Shown in pieces: positions 10,178 to 18,697 of a DNA stretch of 42,699 nucleotides. A program made the position numbers and the translations under genes. Within the stretch, counting starts at the first letter, position 1, and each line of letters begins with the position of its first letter. The notes below the pieces were generated by a model. That model had not been told where the DNA came from. It searched no databases and saw nothing but the letters and a program-made list of their open reading frames with translations. Where the stretch lies: the IMG/VR virus record IMGVR_UViG_3300045557_000080, positions 1 to 42,699 of that record; one strand, 5' to 3'. This DNA is from a virus. Its lineage: Duplodnaviria > Caudoviricetes.

Positions 10178-10600
10178 GGTTGTCCTCCTTTTTCGCCGCT
10201 TCAAACCAGGCGTCCAGCTCGTCTAGCGTTTGATCAAGATAAAACGGGATAGGCGTCATTGTTGCCATAGCCAGCTGAGCGACCGCTTTCCTGATTTGCT
10301 TTCCTGGTTTGGTTATTCCTCGGGAACGAAAAAACTTTGCACCTGCAGCGTGATCTGGGTGAAATATTTAGCCGGCAACCCCATGATCATCTCTACCGGA
10401 ACCTTTGCGGCCCTGGCAGCAATAACCGCCAGATACTGTTTGGACAGTTCGGGAACTGCAGCCTTGTCTCCCATGGCGCGGGATTCTTCTACCGCCGCCA
10501 GGACATCGTTTCCCGTGAGTCCGTCCATGTCCAAGTCGATGGATTCATATTGCTTGCCCTCAAATGTTACCGGGGATGCGAATTTGATCTTGTTTTTCAT
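10170..10600 (-). CDS. tail assembly chaperone, -1 frameshift-extended product (gpE+E'-like)
   Basis: Slippery T TTT TTC at 10328-10334; -1 frame open to TAA at 10170 encoding ...ATMTPIPFYLDQTLDELDAWFEAAKKEDNRG. Confidence 0.75.
10313..10600 (-). CDS. tail assembly chaperone (gpE/41/14-like)
   Basis: Between tube and tape measure; LDMDGLTGND motif. Confidence 0.85.
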   Translation of the reverse strand: MKNKIKFASPVTFEGKQYESIDLDMDGLTGNDVLAAVEESRAMGDKAAVPELSKQYLAVIAARAAKVPVEMIMGLPAKYFTQITLQVQSFFVPEE

Positions 10601-10641
10601 GACAGTTACTTCCTTTCGATATATAATTAACGTAACGGGAG

Positions 10642-10905
10642 GTGTTTGCGATGATTTTCAACCTGATGTTCATAGCACTTTCACTACTGCTTGCTGTAAT
10701 CCCGGCTGTCATTGCCGGAGTTTTTGGCGGAATGCTTCTACAGACATTTGGCGTCCCTTATTCTTACGGTTACTGGATTGCCACCGCCATCGGATATATC
10801 GGATCTGTGATTGCTTTTTTGAGCCACTTCATCAACCCGCAGCCGTCACGCGCTGGCGTGCATGGCTTTCTTCCAGGGTTTCTCTTGGGACGACTGCTAA
10901 AGTAA
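10642..10905 (+). CDS. small membrane protein (moron) inserted against the tail operon
   Basis: GGAGGTG RBS, two hydrophobic helices, upstream TATAAT, downstream terminator. Confidence 0.7.
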   Translation: MFAMIFNLMFIALSLLLAVIPAVIAGVFGGMLLQTFGVPYSYGYWIATAIGYIGSVIAFLSHFINPQPSRAGVHGFLPGFLLGRLLK

Positions 10906-10920
10906 GTCAATAAATGAAGT

Positions 10921-10954
10921 GCCGGGCCTTTTAACGGGCCCGGCTTTTTCTTTT
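10921..10954 (+). terminator. intrinsic terminator
   Basis: GCCGGGCC-loop-GGCCCGGC followed by TTTTTCTTTT. Confidence 0.8.
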
Positions 10955-10956
10955 GG

Positions 10957-11478
10957 TCAGGCAAGCCCCAACGCTGTCCGAACAGCCGATAAGTAATCAA
11001 CGCCCGCAATGACGCAGACGTAGTTATACTTATCGATTTCAACCATCGATTCGCCGTCCAGCATGATTTTGATGTATATCACTTCAAATTCATTGGACGA
11101 ATCCTGCCCTGATGCCACGTCCAGCTTGCCGAGCTCGGTTTTCTTCGGGATGGCCCGGACAACAACCTTAAGCGCTTTCGGGATGTACTCGCCGGCAGCG
11201 GCGTTGAACACCTGGATAGCGCCGCGCAGATCGAGATTGTGAGATTTCTGCTGCGCCAGGCTGAGCAGCGGCCGGGTCACGGTCCGCCAGTTCAGTTTCA
11301 GCGTCATGGAGCCGAACTGTCCAAGAACCGGGGAATCGATTTCGCCGGCGATCCCCGCTCCTTTCACGCTGTCGGTCATGGGTTCGATCGAGGGCAGTTC
11401 TGCGTCCGCTACCCCGAGCAGATCCGTGCCGTCTTCGTAGACACGGAAATTGATGAGTTTTTCCGGTATCGGATTCAT
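10957..11478 (-). CDS. major tail tube protein (P2 FII-like)
   Basis: GAGIAGEID, EIDKYNYV..IAGVDYL..VR.ALGL motifs. Confidence 0.92.
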   Translation of the reverse strand: MNPIPEKLINFRVYEDGTDLLGVADAELPSIEPMTDSVKGAGIAGEIDSPVLGQFGSMTLKLNWRTVTRPLLSLAQQKSHNLDLRGAIQVFNAAAGEYIPKALKVVVRAIPKKTELGKLDVASGQDSSNEFEVIYIKIMLDGESMVEIDKYNYVCVIAGVDYLSAVRTALGLA

Positions 11479-11491
11479 TCGTCAGCCCTCC

Positions 11492-12946
11492 TTAACTAAA
11501 TAACGTTTCGAGATAGTTGGTGTCGTACTCGAGGATGAAATCAATCTCCCGCGCCGGGCCCGGAGGCGTCACGTAAACGTGGAAGGTCACGATTCCATCC
11601 ATCAGGCTGGTCGTCGGATTTTCAGCCGCCAGAAACTCAACCCGGCCGCCAAGGATCATTTCGCGGGCCGTGAGCCCGTTCAGCCAGATGTTCGCGCTGT
11701 CGACAACCGTTTCGATCAACCGCCTATTGACAGGGAAGTCAACCTTTTGCCAGAACGTCTGGACCAATTGGTTGCCAATGAAATTGAACATCCGGCGGAT
11801 TGGAATGAACGCGTCTTTCGGGTCTGTGTTGCCGGGGTATGCGCCGGTCCGATTGCCCCATGCCTTCCAACCGCCAATGAAGTTCAGCGCCGTTACGATT
11901 CCCTGCCCGTTCAGGTATGCAGCTTGATCCGGACCGAGATTGACCGCGGATCCGTCTGCCAGCACCGCGCCGTTAGCTTGCAGCGACTTGTTGGACGGGC
12001 TGACATAGGGGATATCGTCGTTGGCCGCATCCGTTTTGCAGATCAGTCCGGCCAGTTGCGTCGACAGATGATAAATGTCATCGCCGAGCCTGACCTTCGG
12101 CCAGCAGGCGATCAGCTGATTTGCGGTATAGTTGTTCGTTTCTTTCCATGCCGGGACGTCCGTGTATTTCGTGACGGTGCCGGTTGGCACATCGGCAATC
12201 GCGATGCACGTGAAATGCTCGTTGATGTTCGATGCTTTAGCCACCATGACTGCCGCAACCTCAGGATCAGTGCTCCATTTGGGTGCCAGCAGCATGCCGG
12301 GAACCAACCGGAACAGCGGGAACACTTTGTTGACGAGCTCCAGCCCTTCATAGGCTCCGGTAGTGGCATCCACTCCTCCGACAATATCGTCAGAGTCGAC
12401 GGCGGACGGGTCCAGCTTGTCGAAAGTCACGACAACAGAAGCAGTGTTCGAAAGCAACGTCGTCGACGTGGATACTCTGGTCACGACCACTTTGCCGTCA
12501 TCATCGAAAGCCGCTGTGTAATCGGTGCCTTTTACCAGCGGTTGCCCTTCCGTCGTCAGTTTTACCACCAGCGTGGAGAGCATGATGCCAAGATCGGCAA
12601 TCGTGCCGGTTCCGCTCGTGAGCGTAAGCGACTGGTTGGTCACCGCAGTTTTGTGCGTTGCCGGGTCAAGCACGTTCACCAGCACCATCGGCGCCACTGC
12701 AAATAGCGCAAAATGGGACTTGATGAATTCGCACAAGGTGTATTTGTCCCAATCGTCCGAATAACCGAACGCCGCGACTGCTTCAGCATACGTGAAACAC
12801 AGTTTCGGCGTATTGACTGCGGCAGCGTCTGTCGCCAAGTTTACCGGGGCTGTGCCAAAAACGACCGGCAGGTTGTTTTCCGTGTCGACCGGCGGCACGA
12901 TGGACGTCGGAACTTCAGAGATATAAACGCCATGTTTGTAGGCCAT
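11492..12946 (-). CDS. contractile tail sheath protein
   Basis: YKHGVY..E, SPSNK, GWKAWGNRT, FIPIRR motifs. Confidence 0.93.
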   Translation of the reverse strand: MAYKHGVYISEVPTSIVPPVDTENNLPVVFGTAPVNLATDAAAVNTPKLCFTYAEAVAAFGYSDDWDKYTLCEFIKSHFALFAVAPMVLVNVLDPATHKTAVTNQSLTLTSGTGTIADLGIMLSTLVVKLTTEGQPLVKGTDYTAAFDDDGKVVVTRVSTSTTLLSNTASVVVTFDKLDPSAVDSDDIVGGVDATTGAYEGLELVNKVFPLFRLVPGMLLAPKWSTDPEVAAVMVAKASNINEHFTCIAIADVPTGTVTKYTDVPAWKETNNYTANQLIACWPKVRLGDDIYHLSTQLAGLICKTDAANDDIPYVSPSNKSLQANGAVLADGSAVNLGPDQAAYLNGQGIVTALNFIGGWKAWGNRTGAYPGNTDPKDAFIPIRRMFNFIGNQLVQTFWQKVDFPVNRRLIETVVDSANIWLNGLTAREMILGGRVEFLAAENPTTSLMDGIVTFHVYVTPPGPAREIDFILEYDTNYLETLFS

Positions 12947-12949
12947 CTG

Positions 12950-13234
12950 TTACTTTCCCCCTTTCCGGGCAAATTTCTGGATATCTTCATACAGGGTGTT
13001 CGCCTGGGTTCCTTTTGCGCCGATCGCTTTTTCCGTTGCGGCCAGCTCCGCAATCGGGACGCAAAGCTGCGCAATAGCCGGACATTCAGCGATTAACGCA
13101 TCCAAATGCGCCGGCAACCCGCCTTTGAACACTGTATGTCGTTGCAGTACTCCACTGGGCAAGTTCGGTCCGCAGTAGATGCATCGCGCCGGTTTCGATT
13201 TTGCCGGCGGCTGAGCTTTTTCAAACTTCGCCAT
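12950..13234 (-). CDS. phage protein preceding sheath
   Basis: IYCGPNLP motif, in operon with RBS. Confidence 0.7.
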   Translation of the reverse strand: MAKFEKAQPPAKSKPARCIYCGPNLPSGVLQRHTVFKGGLPAHLDALIAECPAIAQLCVPIAELAATEKAIGAKGTQANTLYEDIQKFARKGGK

Positions 13235-13679
13235 AGTCGACCTCCTCTATCGGACGAGGCATCGTCCAATTTGTTGTTATTACTGCCAACCACTCTGGAT
13301 AAGGTTGTTCGTCAGGCGCCTCCCATGAAAACGGATACTCAATGCGGAACCGTTTATCGATGACCCGTTTTTTGAACAACGCCTGCCTGATCCGCTCAAT
13401 GACATTCATGAGGTCGCCGGGCCCTTTCGCAATGTCTTCGGCGTGCACCCCGACAATGAGTTTGACCACCAGTTTGGATTCGCCTTGCGTATCCTCCTGG
13501 CTTTGGACCCTCACGATAACAAACGGAAAATCTGCCGTATCGGTCGAACCCTTTAACGGCAGGTAGCTCGGAACGATCTGCGGGGCTTTGGTTGTCGCTT
13601 TGTTTGTTTCCAGCAGGTATGTGCCGACGACATTTTTCAAAAAGTCGCATAGCGCATCCTGTAGCATCAGCGGTGTCAC
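13221..13679 (-). CDS. tail terminator/completion protein (probable)
   Basis: Position; FPFVIVR and EQPYPEW motifs. Confidence 0.65.
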   Translation of the reverse strand: MTPLMLQDALCDFLKNVVGTYLLETNKATTKAPQIVPSYLPLKGSTDTADFPFVIVRVQSQEDTQGESKLVVKLIVGVHAEDIAKGPGDLMNVIERIRQALFKKRVIDKRFRIEYPFSWEAPDEQPYPEWLAVITTNWTMPRPIEEVDYGEV

Positions 13680-14240
13680 TTATTTTGCCCCCTTTTCCAG
13701 CAGTCGGCCGATTTCATGTTCAAGGCGCAGGATAATTTGTTCCTGCGCCCTTTCTTCAACGTGCCTGGATACGCTTTTTGCACCGAGCATCTGCGGGATT
13801 GACGGCCCGAAGTTTTGTTCAACCGGGAAACGGGATTTACCAACCCGATGGAATACACCGACATGACCGCTGTCCATCTTGGCAACAAATGCGTGTTTGA
13901 TTGGACCTCCGGCTCCTTTTTTTACCCGGACCACAATCGGCGTTTTCCGGCGTGGATCGGGGCTGGACGGTCGCACCTGAAATTTACTGAGTGGCAACGG
14001 CGACCCGGTTGAAATCACATAAGCTGAGAGATTTGCCGTACTGGCTTTGCGAATCTTGATTGTGCTGGCAATATCCTTGGCCTTGACCGTGTATTCTTCC
14101 CTGACTTTTTTCGATGCTGCCGTTTTGGAACTGTCAGCGGCCCGGTTGATTGCCCGCATCACCGCCTGCTGGATTCCTCCTGGAATATGTTGCAGTAGGT
14201 CGCGCGCCCGCATCAGGTCTTCGGCATGCACAGTAATCAT
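13680..14240 (-). CDS. minor tail/neck protein (lambda gpZ-like)
   Basis: RAINRAA, HAFVAKM.SGH.GVF.R, GPSIPQM motifs. Confidence 0.8.
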   Translation of the reverse strand: MITVHAEDLMRARDLLQHIPGGIQQAVMRAINRAADSSKTAASKKVREEYTVKAKDIASTIKIRKASTANLSAYVISTGSPLPLSKFQVRPSSPDPRRKTPIVVRVKKGAGGPIKHAFVAKMDSGHVGVFHRVGKSRFPVEQNFGPSIPQMLGAKSVSRHVEERAQEQIILRLEHEIGRLLEKGAK

Positions 14241-14563
14241 GATTCGTTTGCCTCCAGCGATATTTCCAGCATGCCATCAGATTCAGCGCAGTCATCGACC
14301 AGCATCAGCCTGCCGTCGAGTCTGATTGCCTGTCCCCGGACAGGGCGCCGGGGAAGGTCTGCCGCTTTTACATACAACATGACCTCCCCACGAAATACCC
14401 CGTCAAAGTTTCCGCTTTGCCGATTGCTGCGCTGCTTGATGATGTCTTCGTCAATGACTGCCGCCACTTGATTTCCGTCGACATTATGCATGTCCGCAAA
14501 ATCGTCGGTGTTCAGGAAAATTGCCATATCTGCCGCAATTTGCGTTTTCAGCGTCATGACCAA
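14237..14563 (-). CDS. head-tail joining protein
   Basis: IFLNTDDFADMH motif; position after capsid cement gene. Confidence 0.7.
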   Translation of the reverse strand: MVMTLKTQIAADMAIFLNTDDFADMHNVDGNQVAAVIDEDIIKQRSNRQSGNFDGVFRGEVMLYVKAADLPRRPVRGQAIRLDGRLMLVDDCAESDGMLEISLEANES

Positions 14564-14572
14564 ATCACACTA

Positions 14573-15025
14573 TCAGGCGTTGGCGATGATTCCGGCATTA
14601 CGCAGCTTTGCGAGCAGGGCGTTCAGGTCTACCACCGTTCCGGCAACAGTAGTAGCAGTGCTGTCAGCCTGAGCAGCCTGCACCGCCACCCCGCCGGCAT
14701 TGATCAGCACCAGGGCAGTCGTTCCGGTTTCGGCTTTGGCGGCGACACACATACCGGCCGGGGTATTTCCCGCGCCGACGTTGGTCAGCTTGTTGGCCGT
14801 ATCATCCCAGAACACTTTCTGCCCTGCGGTAAAGGCGGCCGTATTGATGGCCGCCATTTCAAACACACCATCGATCACGATTGTGCCGGCCGTGCCGTTG
14901 GCGATCGCTTCGGCAGCAACGCCGATTCCTCCGGTCAAAGGCACGACATCGCCGTAAGCGATATCCGCGCCGGCGGTGTAAACAACGTTATTGCCCTTTT
15001 GGATATATGCAGCTTGTTTAGACAT
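14573..15025 (-). CDS. capsid decoration/cement protein (DUF2190-like)
   Basis: YIQKG, GDVV, GVF, GQKVFWD motifs; C-terminal LNALLAKLRNAG head-fibre-like tail. Confidence 0.8.
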   Translation of the reverse strand: MSKQAAYIQKGNNVVYTAGADIAYGDVVPLTGGIGVAAEAIANGTAGTIVIDGVFEMAAINTAAFTAGQKVFWDDTANKLTNVGAGNTPAGMCVAAKAETGTTALVLINAGGVAVQAAQADSTATTVAGTVVDLNALLAKLRNAGIIANA

Positions 15026-15077
15026 CTTGAATCCTCCTTATTTTGCCCGGTTTAGCCGCCGGGCTTCGGCTTGTTGG

Positions 15078-16994
15078 TTATTGTCCAGCGTTTTTGTAAA
15101 GTCCGCGATAATCGAGCAGTGTCACGCCGGAGTCGTGGTAAATCCGCCACTTCATCCCGAGGATGTCAAACGACACCTGCGACTCGATGAACGGAGATTC
15201 CTGTCCATTCAGGTACGTGACTTCGATTGTGTCGAGCAGTCCGGCCTGTGCTGCCAGATACCAGGCAGTCAGGCTGTACACGTCGAGTTCAGCATCACAG
15301 ACCAACTGCAGCTTGTTCGCGAAAACGTTGCGAACATTGGCGTTGCTGCTTGCCGGATCGGCGATACTGACCAAGAGTTGTTCCGCCGCCGTCTCGATCG
15401 ATGCCGGGACCAGCAAAAACTTCGGGCTGATATTAAGGGTCTCTTTGGCGCGCAGGTTCTTCTGCTTGCGCATTGCCGCGCGACCCGCTCCGATGGATGC
15501 AACAGAAACAGCCGCAGCGGTTCCGGCGAGATTGCCGCGATCCGACGTGTAGTTACCGGCAGTCGCCAGGACTTTATATACCAGTTTGTTGATTCCGCGC
15601 TGCGCAGCGGCGGCATAACGGGCGGGCAGACGAGTGAGCGCCGAAAGATCGTCGTTGATGATCGCCTGGCGGGTCAATCCCCAAGAACGGCCAAATGTCA
15701 ACACAGACTTGCTGACGTTGTCTTCGGTCGCTTCGTCGAATTCGAATTCGCCGCCTTGTTTGATTTCCTTCAGCTCTCCCGCTTCCGACAGCCGGTAATG
15801 CGTGGCTGATTTGAAATCAGGATTGCTGCCTTTGCCAACCCATTGCTGGAAGGTTGTCTCGGCTGCGGCGTATCCCGCAGACATGGACTTGTTTGCCGCG
15901 TTGGACAAAATGCCGGCGAAGGCCGATGTTCCGGAGAGCGCTTCCCTGATCATGTCCTGGTCGCTCAGGTGTCTGGCCTTCGTGTTGCCGGAGCGCTCCA
16001 GGCATTCGATCATCAGGTCGCGGAGCCGCATGCTGCGCAGGTCCAACGCTCCGTCTGCAGGCTTATCGATTGCGATTGTGCCGTCGCGGAGCAGCAGAGC
16101 ATCAACGGCGGCGCGGCCAAATTTGGCGGCGTCTTCCTCGCCGACTTCGCCCCGAGCGGTACCCATCGGTTTGTTTTGCTCTTTAAGCTGGCGCAGGATT
16201 GCGCCCTGGACATCGACGATAGTCTTTTTCGAGTCACGAACGAACGGTTCTGCATCGACGTTAAAGTCGCGGCAAAGCGACATGATATCGGCGCAGCGCT
16301 GTGCCTCGGCAGCGCGAATCGCGTCCGCGTCAACGGAAGGAGCGACAGGAGCAGTCGGAGCCTGAACAGTTCTTACCTGCTCTGGAGTGACAGTAGTGTT
16401 TTGATTGGTGTTTTCATCCATGTTTCTTTCCTCGCTTTCATTTTCGTTTTCCATTTCCCTGCCGATTCCGACCTTATCATCAGCCGGCACCGACACGACC
16501 GACAGTTCGTAGGGAGTCCATCGCATCGCCACATATGCCGGCCCGGTAACACGACCGTTAACCGACTGTTTTCCCGCTGCGACTTCTTCCCAGTTTTCAA
16601 CACCGTATCCGACGCTGACCCCGCGCAGGGTGCCTGACTGCACTTTTTCCCATATGCGCTGGGCTTCCTCGTCGGAATCGAATTCCACCTCGGCATGCGC
16701 CCGGTTATCCGTTTCATCCACCCACGCCCGCAGCACCTTGCCAAGCACTTTGTCGCGGTTATGGTTGAACAACAGACAGCCAAGACCATTTTCAAACCGT
16801 GTCATGTTCACGCTGGCCGAGTCAACCTGCAGGACTTCCGCCCCAAACCATCGGGTGACCGGCTGTTCCGACGCAAACGACAGGGTTACCGTTCGTTTTT
16901 CTGCGTTGATGGCTGCGCGCTCAATTGCCGCCAGTTCCCTTCGCATTGTTTTCGGCGGCGATTCCCGCCGCTGTTTCATAGGCAACCTCAACAC
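15078..16994 (-). CDS. fused prohead protease (HK97-type) and major capsid protein
   Basis: N-terminal LLFNH, VSVGY, PYELSVVSVPAD; linker; C-terminal capsid region (DFK, TFGRSWGLTRQAIINDDL, DYRGLYK). Confidence 0.9.
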   Translation of the reverse strand: MLRLPMKQRRESPPKTMRRELAAIERAAINAEKRTVTLSFASEQPVTRWFGAEVLQVDSASVNMTRFENGLGCLLFNHNRDKVLGKVLRAWVDETDNRAHAEVEFDSDEEAQRIWEKVQSGTLRGVSVGYGVENWEEVAAGKQSVNGRVTGPAYVAMRWTPYELSVVSVPADDKVGIGREMENENESEERNMDENTNQNTTVTPEQVRTVQAPTAPVAPSVDADAIRAAEAQRCADIMSLCRDFNVDAEPFVRDSKKTIVDVQGAILRQLKEQNKPMGTARGEVGEEDAAKFGRAAVDALLLRDGTIAIDKPADGALDLRSMRLRDLMIECLERSGNTKARHLSDQDMIREALSGTSAFAGILSNAANKSMSAGYAAAETTFQQWVGKGSNPDFKSATHYRLSEAGELKEIKQGGEFEFDEATEDNVSKSVLTFGRSWGLTRQAIINDDLSALTRLPARYAAAAQRGINKLVYKVLATAGNYTSDRGNLAGTAAAVSVASIGAGRAAMRKQKNLRAKETLNISPKFLLVPASIETAAEQLLVSIADPASSNANVRNVFANKLQLVCDAELDVYSLTAWYLAAQAGLLDTIEVTYLNGQESPFIESQVSFDILGMKWRIYHDSGVTLLDYRGLYKNAGQ

Positions 16995-18513
16995 CGCCTT
17001 TCATCGAAATTCCATATTTCACTTCCAGCTCTTTTTGGAAGGCAAGTTCCCGGGCTCTCTGTTCCATCACCTCCTTCCAGTCATACCCGGTCCGGGCGCA
17101 AACGTTCGCCAAATTATCCTGACCTGTCGAGATCGACAGCTCGTTCGCCTTGCTCTCCTTTAACGGGTCGATCCAGCTCCATCCCGGCGCGATCCATTCG
17201 TGATTCAGATACGTGCCCTTTTTGCTCCAGAATCCGGGCAATGAAAGTTCGCCGGATAATACCGCACTGATGATCACTTCTGTGTAAACTTCACCGAGGA
17301 AATGATCGATCAGCCACTGCTGCCAATCTTCATAAGTCCGCTGATCTTCCAATAGCCCCTGGCGGGCGCTGGAGTAATTCACCTGGCTCATGTCACGGCT
17401 TGTTGCTTCGTAGCTGAGTCCTTGTCCGGAACCGATCAGTCTTTGATGCAGCGACACAAGATCCCGCGCATTGGCGGCTTGCCCGGTCGGGATCACCGAC
17501 TGCACCTCATCGCCTGGCTGCATTTCCATAATCATGCCCGGAGCGATGCGCTTTTTCTTGTAGCCGGTCTTGGAATCATAGTCATCATTGCCGTTCGCTG
17601 TGCCGACGCCCCGTCCTGGAACCGAACCCCCTGGAATTAGCTTCTTGATAAAAACGCTTAGACTTGCAAGGATTTTTTCTTTAATCCCAACCGCGTCCAA
17701 GTATTCTTCGGTATCGTTTGACCGGGTGATGGCCGGCGCAAGCGGTGTGATCTCCCGGATCTGAGACGGCATTGTCTTGCGCCACAGCGCCAGCACGCGG
17801 TCTGCCAGGATGCGTTCCGTTTTCCCTGTCAACCAACCGTCCGGCGAATAGGTTCTGAAATGGTACGCAACAGGCTTCTGCTTGCCATCCACTTCTATGC
17901 CGTTGACAATAGCGTTGACGCCGTTACGGAGCACCCCGGAACTGTCGAGGTCGTCCACTTCCCTGGCCTGAAGCTGAAATGGGAATCGCGGGTTTCCGCT
18001 GTAGGTCTTGATGAACAGAATTCCGCCATCGACTTCCGTGCGACGGACCGCCATTTTGCAAAGCTCCCAAAATGCCTGGGCCCCTGTCACGTCACAGTTA
18101 CGTGGTTTTTGCCAATCGGAAAAAGTCTTTTCGATTTTCGCGTTGGTCGCTTCCTCGCCGGTCAGCGACTGAACACGAAAGCCAGTTGCCACGACATTGC
18201 GCTCGATCATGCCGATCGGGCCACCGATCAGATCAGAATTGCGCTCCAGGTCTCTGGCCTTGGCTCTCAAAAAATCGCGCTGCGGCTGGTTCACCTGTTC
18301 GGCTTTGGCGTTCACCGGCGTCCATCCAGCAGAGTTCCGGGCCACATCCCCCGCGTTGTACCCGCCGCGCACTGCGTTTCGCCAAGCCATCCTGGCATAT
18401 CCCCAACTCGGACTAATCCACGCTATTCCGCGATCGAGCAGGTTCATCCCAGCATCAGGCGAGCGTTGTTTTTCCTCTTGCACCGTTTCACCCCCTATAA
18501 TATGCAGCGACAT
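16921..18513 (-). CDS. portal protein, lambda family
   Basis: LRAKARDLERNS, VNYSSARQGLLE, WSWIDPLKE motifs; true start may be slightly downstream. Confidence 0.93.
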   Translation of the reverse strand: MSLHIIGGETVQEEKQRSPDAGMNLLDRGIAWISPSWGYARMAWRNAVRGGYNAGDVARNSAGWTPVNAKAEQVNQPQRDFLRAKARDLERNSDLIGGPIGMIERNVVATGFRVQSLTGEEATNAKIEKTFSDWQKPRNCDVTGAQAFWELCKMAVRRTEVDGGILFIKTYSGNPRFPFQLQAREVDDLDSSGVLRNGVNAIVNGIEVDGKQKPVAYHFRTYSPDGWLTGKTERILADRVLALWRKTMPSQIREITPLAPAITRSNDTEEYLDAVGIKEKILASLSVFIKKLIPGGSVPGRGVGTANGNDDYDSKTGYKKKRIAPGMIMEMQPGDEVQSVIPTGQAANARDLVSLHQRLIGSGQGLSYEATSRDMSQVNYSSARQGLLEDQRTYEDWQQWLIDHFLGEVYTEVIISAVLSGELSLPGFWSKKGTYLNHEWIAPGWSWIDPLKESKANELSISTGQDNLANVCARTGYDWKEVMEQRARELAFQKELEVKYGISMKGGVEVAYETAAGIAAENNAKGTGGN

Positions 18514-18697
18514 AGGTGCCGCCGGAATTTTGCTCAGCAGCCAATTCCTGCTGGAGCAATCGCCGCTCCCTGTAGAGCGTACTCAGATCAGCCCGCCGCA
18601 AGCTGCGATTTCCTATGCGATATTCCTGGGCGCCATTTTCGATGGCAGCGATGGCCGCATTAATCTGGCCGTATTGTTCCTCAACCGTCATAGCCAT
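18488..18697 (-). CDS. head-to-tail joining protein (gpW-like)
   Basis: AIENGAQEYRIGNRSLRRADL; between terL and portal. Confidence 0.8.
   Translation of the reverse strand: MAMTVEEQYGQINAAIAAIENGAQEYRIGNRSLRRADLSTLYRERRLLQQELAAEQNSGGTYVAAYYRG

Noticed and set aside
11579-12706. Long plus-strand ORFs opposite structural genes (e.g. 375 aa over the sheath gene)
   Set aside because: Antisense shadows of GC-rich coding sequence with no recognisable domains.
15045-15064. Hairpin GCCCGG/CCGGGC after the capsid gene as a terminator
   Set aside because: No U-tract on the coding strand; more likely an mRNA-stabilising hairpin, not distinctive.
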